Source: Paraglomus brasilianum
Lineage: Eukaryota
Assembly (NCBI GenBank): GCA_910592345.1
Contig: CAJVPI010000320.1
Coordinates: 1 to 35,537 of the forward strand
DNA: 35,537 nucleotides
Reading direction: 5' to 3'
In this document: positions 1 to 12,472 of the stretch, piece after piece
Position numbering within the stretch: the first letter of the stretch is position 1
Layout of the letters: the number at the start of each line of letters is the position of its first letter
The notes under the pieces: model-generated
Seen by the model: only the letters and a program-made list of their open reading frames with translations
Database searches by the model: none
What the model was told of the DNA's origin: nothing
Made by a program: the position numbers and the translations under genes

Positions 1-77
1 TGGAGATGGATCGGGACACGAACGGTGCCAGAAATATCTTGCTCAAATATTTGACAGAGGGTCAGGCTTTGGCCTGA
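1..77 (+). CDS. 3' end (window-truncated) of a TnpB/Fanzor-family RuvC nuclease
   Basis: The frame starting at nt 3 reads EMDRDTNGARNILLKYLTEGQALA* (TGA 75-77). DRDxNG/AARNIL is the RuvC-III motif that follows the Zn-finger at the C-terminus of TnpB/Fanzor proteins. Only 24 codons are visible. Confidence 0.75.
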   Translation, partial: EMDRDTNGARNILLKYLTEGQALA

Positions 78-165
78 TGAACCTATATGGGATACGATAT
101 GCATAGTAAAGACTAACTTTATTTATTCATATTGGATTCAATTTCAAGGGTGGTATTTATATTGT
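57..165 (+). ncRNA. Candidate omegaRNA scaffold/transposon right end of the TnpB/Fanzor element
   Basis: Hairpin GTCAGGC-TTTG-GCCTGAT (61-78) overlaps the stop codon. A long imperfect hairpin spans 90-139 (about 16 pairs between 95-111 and 117-134), followed by TTTCAA (142-147). This position is typical of omegaRNAs; the boundaries are guesses. Confidence 0.45.
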
Positions 166-800
166 GACACATTACGATTAACCTTTGCTATTCAACTATT
201 TATTACTATATTCCGATGAAACTTGCTCTTTTGTGCGAATAAACAATATTATTTCAAAGTTAACAGTGGTCGTAATTTAATGCACTTATAGAATAAGAGA
301 ACCTGCCGTATGTCCCGAATGATGCATTTAGGGAGAGTCCTTGTTTCGAATTGCATGCATCCGATTTTTCTTTGCCAGGTTCACATACTTTTGCTTGTTA
401 AACTTTGCGTAGACAGCATGAAATGGGCTAGTATAGTTTTGTCAACCGAAAGGCAATGTTCTTAAGGGTCTCATTCTTACAGTATATCAATGTTATTTAT
501 TTGGTAACAAGGCTGCGGTCATTACGTTTGATGTGGCTGTCACACAATACGGCAGAAGAACAATACGATAATTGAGCCGGCTAGGTATCAGTACAATACT
601 AAGTGTATTTGATACCCATATCAGTTAATCCCGCCAAGTATGGATATCAAAATACCATTATCATTATATATATATACTACTTATCTTGTGCTACTGCGTT
701 TTATAAATCATTCAACATTCACTTCATCTTCAACCCACTTTCCAGTCCACTCTTATAAACCATCTTTTCTTATCATCTGTATTAATTATATTACAATCCG

Positions 801-3800
801 ATGGACCACAAACGAACTAAGTCAACAAAATCAACATCATCGACTACTCACCGCACTAGAGAGTCGCAGGTTTGCTCTCTATTATCGACTAGTGAAACCC
901 TGGTAGACTCACGGGTAGAATCAAAGGATGTAACAAATTATACAGATGATAATAATGAACCCCCTCAACTGAATACGATTGATGACCAGCCGGTCTATTT
1001 ACGCAAAAAATCAATATACAAACCAGTACAGCATGCCCCGCTGACAGCAACAAGAACCTCAATATTTCACATATTTAGATTTGCAGCTCTATTTGATTAT
1101 TTACTCATGACATTTGCTATCTTCTGTAGTCTATCTAATGGCCTCATCCTCCCCTTAATGACATATTTGCTTGGTAATTTATTTAACGTATTTACAGATC
1201 GACAAACCGGAATAATAACAGACACTGTTTTCAGGAAAAAAGTAGACACTCTATTATACTATTTCATAGCATTAGCTATAGGAACATTTATGCTGTCATA
1301 TGGAATGATTTTTATATGGAGTTGGACTGCTGAGAGACAGACAAAGAGAATGCGAGCTACCTACTTCAAATCATTGCTCAGAATGGAGATATCACACTAC
1401 GAGAGAGAAGACGTAACATCAGGTGGACTACTCGTCTCGCTCAACAAAGACGCTGATGACGTTCATGTAACTATATCTGAGAATATGGGTTTTTTCCTAC
1501 AGGATGTAGCTACCGCAATAGGATGTATTGTACTTGCATTCTCGAAGCATGCTATACTCACTCTCGTAGTATTATCGGGAATACCGGTGATGGTGGTTGT
1601 CCTCGCATTAACTGATAAAGCAGCATCCCCAGCCATAGTCGAGGAGAGAAACATATTCCTCAAAGCAGGTAGTATATTAGAGAATGCGCTCTCGGCAATA
1701 AAGACTGTGCGTGCTTTCAATGGAGAATCAAAGGAAGAAATGAAGCACAATCAATGTCTAAAGGAAGCCAATTCGGTCTCTAAACAGTTGGCTCGTATAT
1801 ACGGAACACGCACTGGTCTTTCACAGTTTTTGTTATTATCGTTATTTGTGCAGGGATTCTGGTACGGGTCTATCCTGGTCGCCGATCAGAAGCTATCCCC
1901 TGGTGGCGTATTGAGTGTGTTCTATGCATGTTTACAAGCAGCAAGTGCCATGAGAGAACTAATACCGCGGTTAGGCGTATTTGCTAAAGCAAAGAATGCT
2001 GTCAGAGCTATTAATACACTGCTTGAAAAAGTAGCTCTATTGGATCTGGAAGCGCTGAGGGGGTTCAAATTATCTCGTTGTGATGGCAATATCGAGTTTG
2101 CACAAGTCAGTTTCGCATATCCAAGTCGTCCGGATACGCTTGTATTGCGAAATATAGACTTGCACATACCGGCTGGTAGAACAACAGTACTGGTTGGGCA
2201 GAGTGGATCTGGCAAGTCTACAATAACTCAACTGATTCAACGTTTGTATGATCCTCAGGAAGGACTTATTACCATAGATAGTAGGGATATCAGAATACTA
2301 AATTTATCATGGCTTAGGCAGCAAATAGGTGTGGTCAATCAGGAGCCTGTTCTTTTCGATGATACAATCTTCATGAACGTGGCATACGGGAAGAGTGATT
2401 ATTGGAACGTAACTATGGACGATGTGGTAGCCGCTTGTAAATTAGCTTGTATACATGACATGATAAAGGAGCTACCAAATGGTTATGATACTCAACTCGG
2501 AGATAGAGGTCAAACTCTCTCCGGTGGGCAAAAACAGCGATTGGCTATAGCACGTGCATTAATTAAAAACCCACAGATACTCATTCTCGATGAGGCGTCA
2601 AGCGCCCTAGACACAACTTCCGACAAATTGGTACAGAAAGCTCTGGAAAACTCACGCAAAGGACGTACTACCATTGTTGTTACTCATAAACTCAGTCAAA
2701 TTCATCCACATAATCTTGTATACGTACTTGATCAAGGTGAAATAGTAGAAAGTGGCACTCCAGCTGAACTACTACTCAATAAGGATAGCCATTACACTCG
2801 ACTATCAAAGGAACTAACGAACGGCAAAGTTAAAAGACGAACAGCTGAGTTACAAAAGATAGATCTGAGGCTTCGACGAGTTTCCAGTATTCGTCGCGGT
2901 AACGACACTTTGACAGACGGAACGGGATTGTCTCCAAAATCTCTAAGACTTCATCTATACGAAGACTATTTCGACCAGAATGCCATTGATGTACTCGAAA
3001 AAAGCGCATCTAATGCGGTGTCAAGGCGTAATAATCGTGCGTCTTACTTTGGTGTTCTCAGTTATTATGATGAAGATGGTATAAATCTGAACGAAATAAT
3101 AATATCTAACGAAGCCAATGCTAATAAGCCAGAGTACCCGACAATGTCGCTTCCCACTTTAATACGTAGCACATTTCAGAATAGGCGTTTATGGACATGT
3201 GGTCTATTAGCATCGATTGCCAACGGGTCTGTCATGCCAGCATTCTCATTTGTACTATCTAAACTACTAGCATCTTATTCTCTGCCTGACAAACAAGAAA
3301 TAGAATCACGTGCTCGCATGTTCTCGCTCTTAATATTATCCCTAGCTATTACAAATGGTATATCAGCATTCTTAAAGTACTATATTTTGGAGCGAACGTC
3401 CGAGAAATGGTCAGTACGGCTACGATCACTTGGATTCGCCAGAGTACTTCAACAGCCTCAATCATGGTTCGACAAACCTGAGAATTCGACTGCAAAGGTA
3501 GCGACGAAACTCATTGTTGATACCGAGTCAACCAAAACAATCGTCGGGCATTTCTCTGGAAACATGATATATATATTAGTATCATTATTCGGGGGTATGA
3601 TCTGGGCGTTTGTGAAAGGATGGCAATTGGCATTGGTTGGGTTTAGTTTTGTTCCTGCTATAATGATTACGACCCAGTTACAAGGGTATATATTGGAGAA
3701 ATACGAAAAGAAAAGAAAGTCATCTGATGAAGACGCAGCCAACGCATTTTACCAGGCCATTGCAAGTATTAGGACGGTGTTTTCACTTTGTATCGAGAGT

Positions 3801-5054
3801 GCAATGTTAAAAAAATATGATGAAGCATTACAAAAACCTTACAGAGTGGGTGTTCGTAAAGCGGCAGTTAACGGATTTTTCTATGCAACAATGGAAGGTC
3901 TACAATATGTTACCAAAGGTGAGTAGGAAAGAAATCATATAAAGTGAATAACAACTTGTACATTTGATTTACGTTGACTCATTGTTATGTAACTATTTGA
4001 CGTTCTAGGTGTTACGTTCTGGTATGGAGCCATCCTCATCATTCGAGGTGACTACGATCTAGAGAGAATGCTCATCGTATGGACACTCGTTATCTTCTGT
4101 ACCAATGCCGCTAGTCAAATGCTCCAAACAAGTAAGTATACAGAATTAAGTTGTCACAATCCACATATACGATATACTATATGGTTATTAATATTAATAA
4201 ACTCTATCGTTTCAGTCCCTTATCTTACAAAAAGCAAAACAGCAGCTCGTTCGATCGCTCAAATACTCAGCCTCCCATTGACATCAACTTCAGGTTCGCG
4301 TTTAAACAGAGTCCAAGGTGAAATAACATTTAAACACGTATTCTTCTCATACCCAGGTCGCCAAGACGCATTGGTTCTTAAAGACATGAGCTTCAGCATG
4401 CAACCAGGGCAAACCGTTGCATTAGTAGGCAAAAGTGGTCACGGCAAGTCAACTGTTGCTTCCTTACTCCAACGGTTTTATGAACCGAACGGAGGATCTA
4501 TACTTCTTGACTATGTAAATGTGGACGAACTGGACTTGCATTGGCTTCGTGAACAGATTGGTATTGTTAGTCAAGAACCAGTTTTGTTTGATGCTACTAT
4601 TGCCGAAAATATCGCTTATGGTAAAGATGATGCTACGAAGGATGAGATCGAGACAGCAGCAATGCAGGTTAATATGCATGAGTTTATTTGCTCGTTAACG
4701 AATGGGTATGATACAAGATTAGGATCCGGTGGATCGCAGCTATCTGGTGGACAGAAACAGCGGTTAGCTATTGCGAGAGTACTTTTGCGTAATCCAAGGA
4801 TTCTCATTCTCGATGAAGCTACAAGTGCGTTGGATGCTACGAACCGAGCACTTATTCAGGATACTTTGACTCATGTGCAGAAGGGACGCACTACTTTGAT
4901 CATAACTCACCATTTGAACACTGTCGAGAATGCTGATAAAATATTGGTAGTAGAAAATGGCCGAATAGCTGAAGTAGGAACATATAAGGAACTATTGGCC
5001 AAGAAGGGCTCTTTTTATAAGCTGGCCACAAACGAACAGGAATCAGAAGAGTGA
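801..5054 (+). CDS. Full-length ABCB/MDR (P-glycoprotein) ABC transporter, possibly Ste6-like peptide exporter; exons 801-3918, 4009-4131, 4216-5054
   Basis: TMD-NBD-TMD-NBD layout; Walker A GQSGSGKS and GKSGHGKS; two LSGGQKQR signatures; Walker B ILILDEA twice. GT-AG introns 3919-4008 and 4132-4215 join the two ORFs (…YVTKGVTFWYGA…MLQTIPYL…). Confidence 0.95.
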
Positions 5055-5522
5055 AAAAAAAAACACAACAAAACAAAAAAACAAGACAATCTTTTTTATG
5101 AATTATGAAATTTTTTCGGGAGGGGGGGTTTAATGGAACGTTTATAATACTCAGTACGCCATCATTTAAATAATAATTAATCAATTTAATGGAAGAACTT
5201 TGTAAAAATATCAACAAATGTGTTATTATCATTAAGACAAAGCGAAGAGGACTTTTATCTTAAAATTAGTGAGGAACCAAGCAGTGCAAATGTTTGGAAC
5301 TGGGATATGTACTTGTATTAAATTTGTATTTGAATTTCTTTGACCGTTTACCATCTACACATGTCCAGAGCAGATGGAAGAAAACAAATAAAATAAATGA
5401 GTTTAGGCGTTCACGCAAATCGATTGACACTGTTCTGATCAATACTTCAATACTTGTGAGCATTTAATTTAAATCAAGGTTTTATTTATTATTACACGAA
5501 AATAATTCAATCTCGTAACATT

Positions 5523-6178
5523 TTATGTTTTAGGAATAGTGATGATTGTAGTGTCGTTTTCAAATCTTGTCTCCAACTTGTCCGCATTATATTGCGGAGG
5601 AATAACGACAGAATGAGAAAATTTCTTAGTCTGGTTCGATTCAACGGTGATGTCAGGTCCACCAGCAAGAATACTATGTTCAATGTCGGCCGATATATGG
5701 AGGTTGTTGCCTTCTACTCTGGTCTAAATAAGGGAAGTATTGTAAGATGTCGTTGTTATTATCACACTAGTACTACTACTATTGAGATGGAACAAATCTT
5801 TTACATTAACAGCCTCTTTGGGAACTCCGGGAAGCTTGACAATAGCCTTCCATTCATTCCCGTCATGTTTGCTGTAAATATTGAAAGACAGTCTGTATCA
5901 ATTTAACATTCATATTGCATCCACACTATGCTTCTCACTTCTGTACTCTTGTAATCATACTCACATATCCACAGCATTGCTTAGTAATGAAGTATCAACC
6001 GAGTTAAGCAAATCAGCCGTAGTAAACGGATTCAGGGCGCTAAGAGGGCCACGAGGATCTCCGCTTTCTTCCAACTAAACAGGCAACGTTCTCGTTAACA
6101 CAATAATTGACATCCGCTATTCATTAGTCATTTTGTTTCCGGTCCAGAACTCACCATTTTCGTAATTGAATCTGCCAT
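5523..6178 (-). CDS. Small heat-shock protein (Hsp20/alpha-crystallin domain), 133 aa; exons 6178-6155, 6074-5965, 5871-5805, 5723-5523
   Basis: Hand-spliced over three GT-AG introns with consistent phases: MADSITKMLEESGDPRGPLSALNPF…AVDIKHDGNEWKAIVKLPGVPKEAVNTRVEGNNLHISADIE…KKFSHSVVIPPQYNADKLETRFENDTTIITIPKT*. This fits the ACD pattern (VDI…LPGV.KE.V…L.IS…F…V.IP…ITIPK). Confidence 0.85.
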
Positions 6179-8517
6179 TGTTGTATTGGAGACATGGCAG
6201 AATCATTCTGATCATTTATATTAATATCTGCTCCGCCTCGTGAGAGTTTAATTCTACGTCTATGACGGAATTTTGACACTTGAATTTGCGTCATCAATTG
6301 TATACGTAATCAGAATTTTACGCCACGTTTTCATCAAAGCCAATAATAAATAATAATATAAATAGTGCGGGACATGCTATGTAATCGTAAATAAGATTCA
6401 GGGTTGGTCCAGTCCGTACATGGAGAGCCCTCAGCCGCGTTTTAAGGTAAAGGGTTGGGACCCTTGGCAGGTTGGACAAACTAAACATAATAATAATGGG
6501 AAAGGTTAATTGTTTCGATAAGACATTTTCACGATTGGGGTAAATGTCTCAACCAGAGCATTGATTTGATTTTCTTCTTAAAAGTTAGTATTGCATCATA
6601 TAACAGTGTTAAAACTCTTTGCTTAATAGACTTTTTGCCAATATATAAGATTAACAGGGCCGACATTCAAACCCATATCCAAAATATTCAACAATTAGCT
6701 CAGCGTCTAACTAGTTTACAAACCAATGCTTCCCAGCAACTAACTTTAACTTCCCTTGCCCACAGAATAAACATAGTGCAGCATATACAGTACTACAAAC
6801 ATTTGACCATGTAGTTGTGAAGACACTAATATAATTTGTTTTGCCCAAGTGCATAACTATGGCCCATGCCAAATTCCTACATTTTTGAGGTTTTTATTAG
6901 CGGAACGTAATTGATACTCTGTGTCTCAGCTATCTTTTCTCTGGTTGACTTACGATTTCAGGTATGTTGAAAATAGGAATTTCTGTAGAGTTGTTTCCGA
7001 CTGAGTAAGTTAGAAAATTCTTCGATACCTATCGTTTCAAGTAATGTATTTACAATTTGGAATCATTGAACGTACCTGTTTTCGTGAAAAAAATTTCCCA
7101 GAAATATTGTTAGTACGATATTCCTGGCAAGTAAGTTGGGGAATTCCCGATCATCCAAGAAAAACAAGAATAGCAACAATATCTTAGTGCATTAATAAAA
7201 ACTTCAGTCTTGGCAACTGAAACGAAATTCGGTTCAATAGCAGACCATGTGGTAAACGTGAATTATGTAAGCTAAAATTAATAACATTATTATAGTTAGA
7301 GGAACGTTGCCTGTGATAAATGACTACAGACTACAATACAAGGTTATTTTCTTTCACGCGATGCTCCTTAGTTGCTAGTTCATCGCCAGTGGATTACTCT
7401 ATTCTTTAACAAACCCATACTTATTGATGCAACAGGTATCATATCGCTTAGTTGCAGGACGTACCCATCACCCGCCAGACGTACTATTGGGCAATGCGGA
7501 GACGGAAAACAGTGTTTACTTATCTGTTATTATTATTATTATGGTGGTCGCGTTGTGAGGTTGAGGAATGTAAGGGAGCTAGAGTTTTGCGTAATGTAAG
7601 AGAGCTGGGCCAGCGTCTTGGAGATACGACTATCACAAACGTTTAACCCGTAATCCCGCGGATGAAACCATAGAATTTATTAGGCCATGGGTTGATAATG
7701 AGCGAGAATTAGATACAGAGGTAGGAGAGAAGGAAAATAGTGATAGCGCTGGACCTAGCGGGACGAGAGAATAGGAGGTAGTCATCGCCTTTGGGCAAAG
7801 CTTTGGAGCTGACTCCACTGGTAACCAGTTTTCCCTCCCATGCTATCTTATGGTGCTGAAACAATAACATTTTGATTTTAATCGAAACGGCCAATATTAA
7901 TCGGACGATCGTTGTAAAGAAAAAATGTTAAAACTTTTACCGTTTCATCTAAGTTCAGAAGATATTGATCATGTAATCTCCAAAGTTTTAGAAGGTGGTG
8001 TAAAAAAAAGTGTAGGCGTTGAAGCATACCATCCGGTCGAGTGTAGAAAAACAATGAAAAAAACTGTTAGTTTAATTTAACATACGGACAGGTGTATGTC
8101 GCTTCAAGCCGGCCATTTAAAGACGACTCGCTAATTTAGCTTCCGACGGTTCAAAGTCCGTCGCAGTCGCCCTCTGTGCTTTACCACCACTTCACAACGT
8201 GGTGTCTACAAATAGGTTGATTATATCATTGGTTTAGAGTCATGTGATTATACCGACCGCATAACAATTCTAAAATCAAGCGCGTATTTTTCCACGATAT
8301 AACACTGTATAAAGCAAATAAAAACCCAGGCGTACGAAAACAACGTGAAGAGGACCAGATAAAATGGATGTGGCAAAGTAGCAATCCTACTCCTCTTGCT
8401 TTGTGAATAGCTTCCGATCTTAAACGCGTAAGCTCAGTTTTTAACTTATTTAACTCGGAATCTTTTTCTTTTTGAGCTAGAGCTAATTTATCTTCCAACG
8501 GTTTAACAATATCTGAA

Positions 8518-8682
8518 CGAGAATATATAACTGATGTGTCTATTTGTACATTAGTTCAAACGTGTCCTACTTTAAAAGAACTTATTCTTAGAGAATGTAA
8601 TATCACCGATATATCCATTAATTGTATTATAAATTCTTGTCGTAATCTTCAAAAACTCGACATCGGATATTGCGATCAGGTT
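8518..8682 (+). pseudogene. Isolated cysteine-containing LRR (AMN1/F-box-LRR type) fragment
   Basis: ITDVSICTLVQTCPTLKELILRECNITDISINCIINSCRNLQKLDIGYCDQV gives two LRR_CC units. No complete gene surrounds them. Confidence 0.6.
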
Positions 8683-8941
8683 TTAAGAGATGTGATCGTA
8701 GCTATAAAGACGACCGCAGAGCGAGCCTCTGTTGCGGAACATTGAGGCTTTGCTTCTTCAGTCAGAGGGTTTTGCTTTGCAAATAACAATAATTTATAAA
8801 ATCTATTATATACTGTATTTCTTGATAGAATAACTTTATTACTTATCTTAACACTCATTCGAACTCTGTTAAATAGAATGAACAAAGCTCAGTGCCAAAC
8901 TCGTATAAATGCAGAAAGAGTTAACGGTCTCAATTCGACAC

Positions 8942-9396
8942 CCGCAATGGCCTTTCAATTTATTGATCGAACTAAATCAGGAAAAACGAATATGATTGTC
9001 AATATTTTACTTGGGGGACAAGATGTATCGAATGTTTAATGGAAAACAAGACTGTGGTACACTGAAACATGCTATATAAAAATGATGATCTAGAGTTGAT
9101 TGGACATCATCTTAAAGAACTCAAATATCGTCACTTGAGGGATTGTTACCAAATCATTGCGTTTAGTCCGAAGCCATGTTGCGAAAATGTTACGTTCCGA
9201 TCGGTAAAGCCGATAAAATACCAAACATTGACGAATTTTCTCCTGAAAGAGGGACGGTATGTACAAAAAAATGGCGTAACACGCTGTTGATATAATTTGC
9301 AGGGCCGGCAATTTATTGTAATTGACTTGAATAGAGCGAAAATGAAAAGGAATCCTCTCTATGTTCGTTTGGGTTGGGACACGCCCTTAGAACTAC
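8942..9396 (+). pseudogene. Frameshifted A32-like (FtsK/HerA) DNA-packaging ATPase relic of a Polinton/Maverick-like or viral element
   Basis: Across frameshifts: PQWPFNLLI / KSGKTNMIVNILLG (Walker A, about 8974-8991) / KNDDLELIGHHLKELKY…ENVTF / FIVIDLNRA…NPLYVRLGWDTPL. The N-terminal PF.LLI…SGKT and C-terminal F+++D…R.GW pattern is recalled from A32-type ATPases. The Walker B region appears deleted. Confidence 0.55.
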
Positions 9397-10034
9397 ATAA
9401 ATACTATGTACAGAGTGCACTCGCTTCGCGCGTGGATGCGAATCGTCAAAAAAGTATTGAAGTAAAATTGGTACGATTTCCAGACGGAAGTTCATACTCT
9501 CCAACAATAGGTTCTTGCGACGAGTTAGCATATACTAGAAAATGCACGTATGTCAAAGCGATCTTTATGTATTGGCAATAAATATTGCAAACCAATGAAG
9601 ACTTTTGCAAAAACACAAATTTAATCGTACATTCGACGATACTTATGCATTGCATTATGGATATAATAAAGTGTGAGCTATTTATTATTCTCGATGGTCA
9701 ATCTATGACTTATGGCCTACTTTCTTTGAGAAATACCTTGGCCAGATGGCTTGTATGCTTTGAATCATTATCTTCTGAGAACCTCAGTAACAAGTAATGT
9801 GTAATTAGTATTATTTCGAAATTCAAAGATCACTTTTCGTTATAAAAGAAGAACTTGCTTTCTCGACTATACTAGCGAATTTACTTATTGTTTGGCAATT
9901 GAAATGTTGCTCCCTATTATAGTCAGGTGATAATAAATAAATTTTACGTCATTCGATCTTTTTTTCTGCACATGTAGAATTAATTCTCAACAAGTCGTGC
10001 AAAAAGCCGACGTTCTCGATCCATTCCTACAAAC

Positions 10035-12472
10035 ATGGCAGACGATCTTGACGTGGAAGCAATGCTTGAAGCACCTTTTCAGAAGGGTCAGGTAGTTAGT
10101 GTTAGGAAAGTTTGCTTTGTCCACAAGATCTATATAAATCTTAGCCGTTCTCAACTGTAATAGGCTATATCGGATGTTTATATGATCAATGCAGGCAATG
10201 ATCCCTCAAAGGAAGAAGACAAAAGGTTTGTTGAAACTACCTTAGTTTGTGGGTTTAATACGATCCTTAACATCTTTTGATTGCGTCGATTAGTACACAT
10301 TCCAGTGAAGGGCGGCGACGTCGTCGAAGTTCCTCACGTTCCTCCAGTTATCGCCATCGTTCTCGTTCGAGATCGCATCGTTCACGTAGGTCAAGATCAA
10401 AGTCGCGAGACAGGCCCAGAAGACATCGTAGTCGTTCAAGATCCAAGGACAGAGATAGGGACAGAGACAGGGACAGAGACAGAGACAGAGACAGAGACAG
10501 GGACAGAGATAGGGACAAGGACAGGGACAGGGACAAGGACCGAGACAAGGACAGGGACAGAGATAGAGACAGAGATAGAGACAGGGATAGAGACAGAGAC
10601 AGAGACAGGGATAGAGACAGGGATAGAGACAGGGATAGAGACAGAGATCGACGACGACGTAGTCGATCACGTTCCCGAGATAAAAGGCGAAGTCGTAGCC
10701 AGCGTAGGAGAAGTCGCAGCCCAAGTCGATTTAGGCAGGTTTTCAGATGCTGCTTGTCAAGTTAATTTGTTCTTTGCTGGATAGAGCCGAGTCAATGTTT
10801 TGTTTATATTGTTATTGTTATTACACAGCGAGCGTCGACGCAGGTCTCCTACACCGCCCATAGATGAAGAAGAGCGAGACAAACGTACGGTATTCGTAAT
10901 GCAACTTGCAGCACGTCTTCGAACTCGAGAACTAGCAGATTTCTTTTCAGAAGCGGGGAAAGTTCGCGATGCAAAAATTATTGCTGATAGAATATCTAGA
11001 AGATCTAAAGGGTGGGTCTGAAATTTAGATTACTTTTATCTTAACACAATGACTGATTTGCAAATCGCCATTCAATGTACAGAGTTGGTTATGTAGAATT
11101 TTATGATGAAGAATCGGTGCCTAAAGCATTAGCTTTATCTGAACAGAAACTCTTAGGTATCCCTGTTGTCGTTCAATTGACCGAAGCAGAAAAGAATAGA
11201 CAGGCCAGACTGGCGGAAGCAGCGTACGTATAAAGTGAGAATACTATAATTTGCAACGTTTTGGTTGAGATTAAAGTAGTTTTCTTTCAGGGCATCACAC
11301 GCAACAGACATAGCCTATCACAGGCTATATGTCGGATCTGTTCATTTCAACTTGACCGAGGATGATTTGAGACAAGTGTTTGAGCCATTTGGACCACTAG
11401 AGTTTGTAAATCTTCATAAAGATCCAGAAACCGGTAGATCAAGAGGATTCGCTTTTATTCAGTGAGTGGAACACACTTTAAGCTTTTTATCCTCTTTAGT
11501 TTCTAAGTGATAATAAAAATTTTATATTTCATTTTGTTAGATATAAAAACCCAGAAGATGCGAAGCAGGCATTAGAGAAAATGAACGGATTTGAGTTAGC
11601 AGGGAGGACAGTAAGTGATTAAAGTATCTGTCGGCGGGCTAATTATTTCAACCTCGTTAATAATCACCTTTTTCTAGATTAAAGTAGGTTTAGTTACTGA
11701 CAAAAGCAATGGCATGAATTTAAATCTTGACGATGGTGGTCAGTATGTTCTCGCAATGTCATATTATTCTTTCAGGTTTCTGTACTTGGGAGTAACTGTT
11801 TATTTCCTGCATAGATGTTGCTGGTTTAGCCCTCAATGCTCAGTCGCGAGTGGAGTTGATGCAGAAATTGGCTCGTGACACCGATCTGATTACACCGACA
11901 ACTGTTTCTGCCCCTGCGGAGCCGTAAGCATTTTCTTCTTATTCTTATTTTACACGCATGGCTTGACCATTCATACTCATTCCCGAGATATTTGATAGAC
12001 CGCGTCCTATACAACCGAGGGTCAATCCTACTCGCTGTGTCTTGTTGAAAAATATGTTTAAACCAGAAGAGTAAGTTCGGTTGCTTAGCATGAAATTTCT
12101 CTCCCGCATATCATTGATAATTCCTTGAATTTTTGTGTACAATAGGGAGACAGAGCCGAATTGGGCTGAAGAGCTCGAAGAGGATGTAAAAAATGAGTGT
12201 ATGAGATATGGACCATTGGTTCATGTTAGTGTAGATAAGGATTCAGCGGTTAGTACTGTTTACATGAATATTTCTTAAGGTGAAATGGTCGACTCAGACA
12301 CGCATTTTTCAATTTTTAGGGAGACATATACATGAAATTCGACAGTATAACTTCCGCACAAAATGCAGTCAATGGGCTTAATGGTCGCTGGTTTGGTGGC
12401 AATCAGATTTCCGCTGTATTCATACCTGACATGTTTTATAACGTACGATACCCTAAATCTGCAAACCTCTGA
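10035..12472 (+). CDS. RBM39: RBM39/CAPER (CC1-like, S. pombe Rsd1) splicing factor: RS/RD region, two RRMs and a UHM; multi-exon
   Basis: N-terminus [19 protein letters not shown] region; RRM1 [49 protein letters not shown]2 [23 protein letters not shown]…SRGFAFIQ; linker [30 protein letters not shown]…LNGRWFGG; stop 12470-12472. Confidence 0.95.
10445..10650 (+). repeat. Coding hexanucleotide repeat (GACAGA/GACAGG/GATAGA/GATAGG/GACAAG) encoding an (RD)n/KD tract
   Basis: About 33 tandem dipeptide units, directly visible inside the RBM39 exon. Confidence 0.95.

Noticed and set aside
1463..4807. Short antisense ORFs inside the ABC transporter
   Set aside because: Shadows of the coding strand with no independent motifs.
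5592..6078. Plus-strand ORFs 5592-5906 and 5881-6078
   Set aside because: Antisense to the spliced Hsp20 gene.
10281..10784. Alternative-frame and antisense ORFs (ET-, CLY- and SL-rich)
   Set aside because: By-products of the RD hexamer repeat in RBM39.
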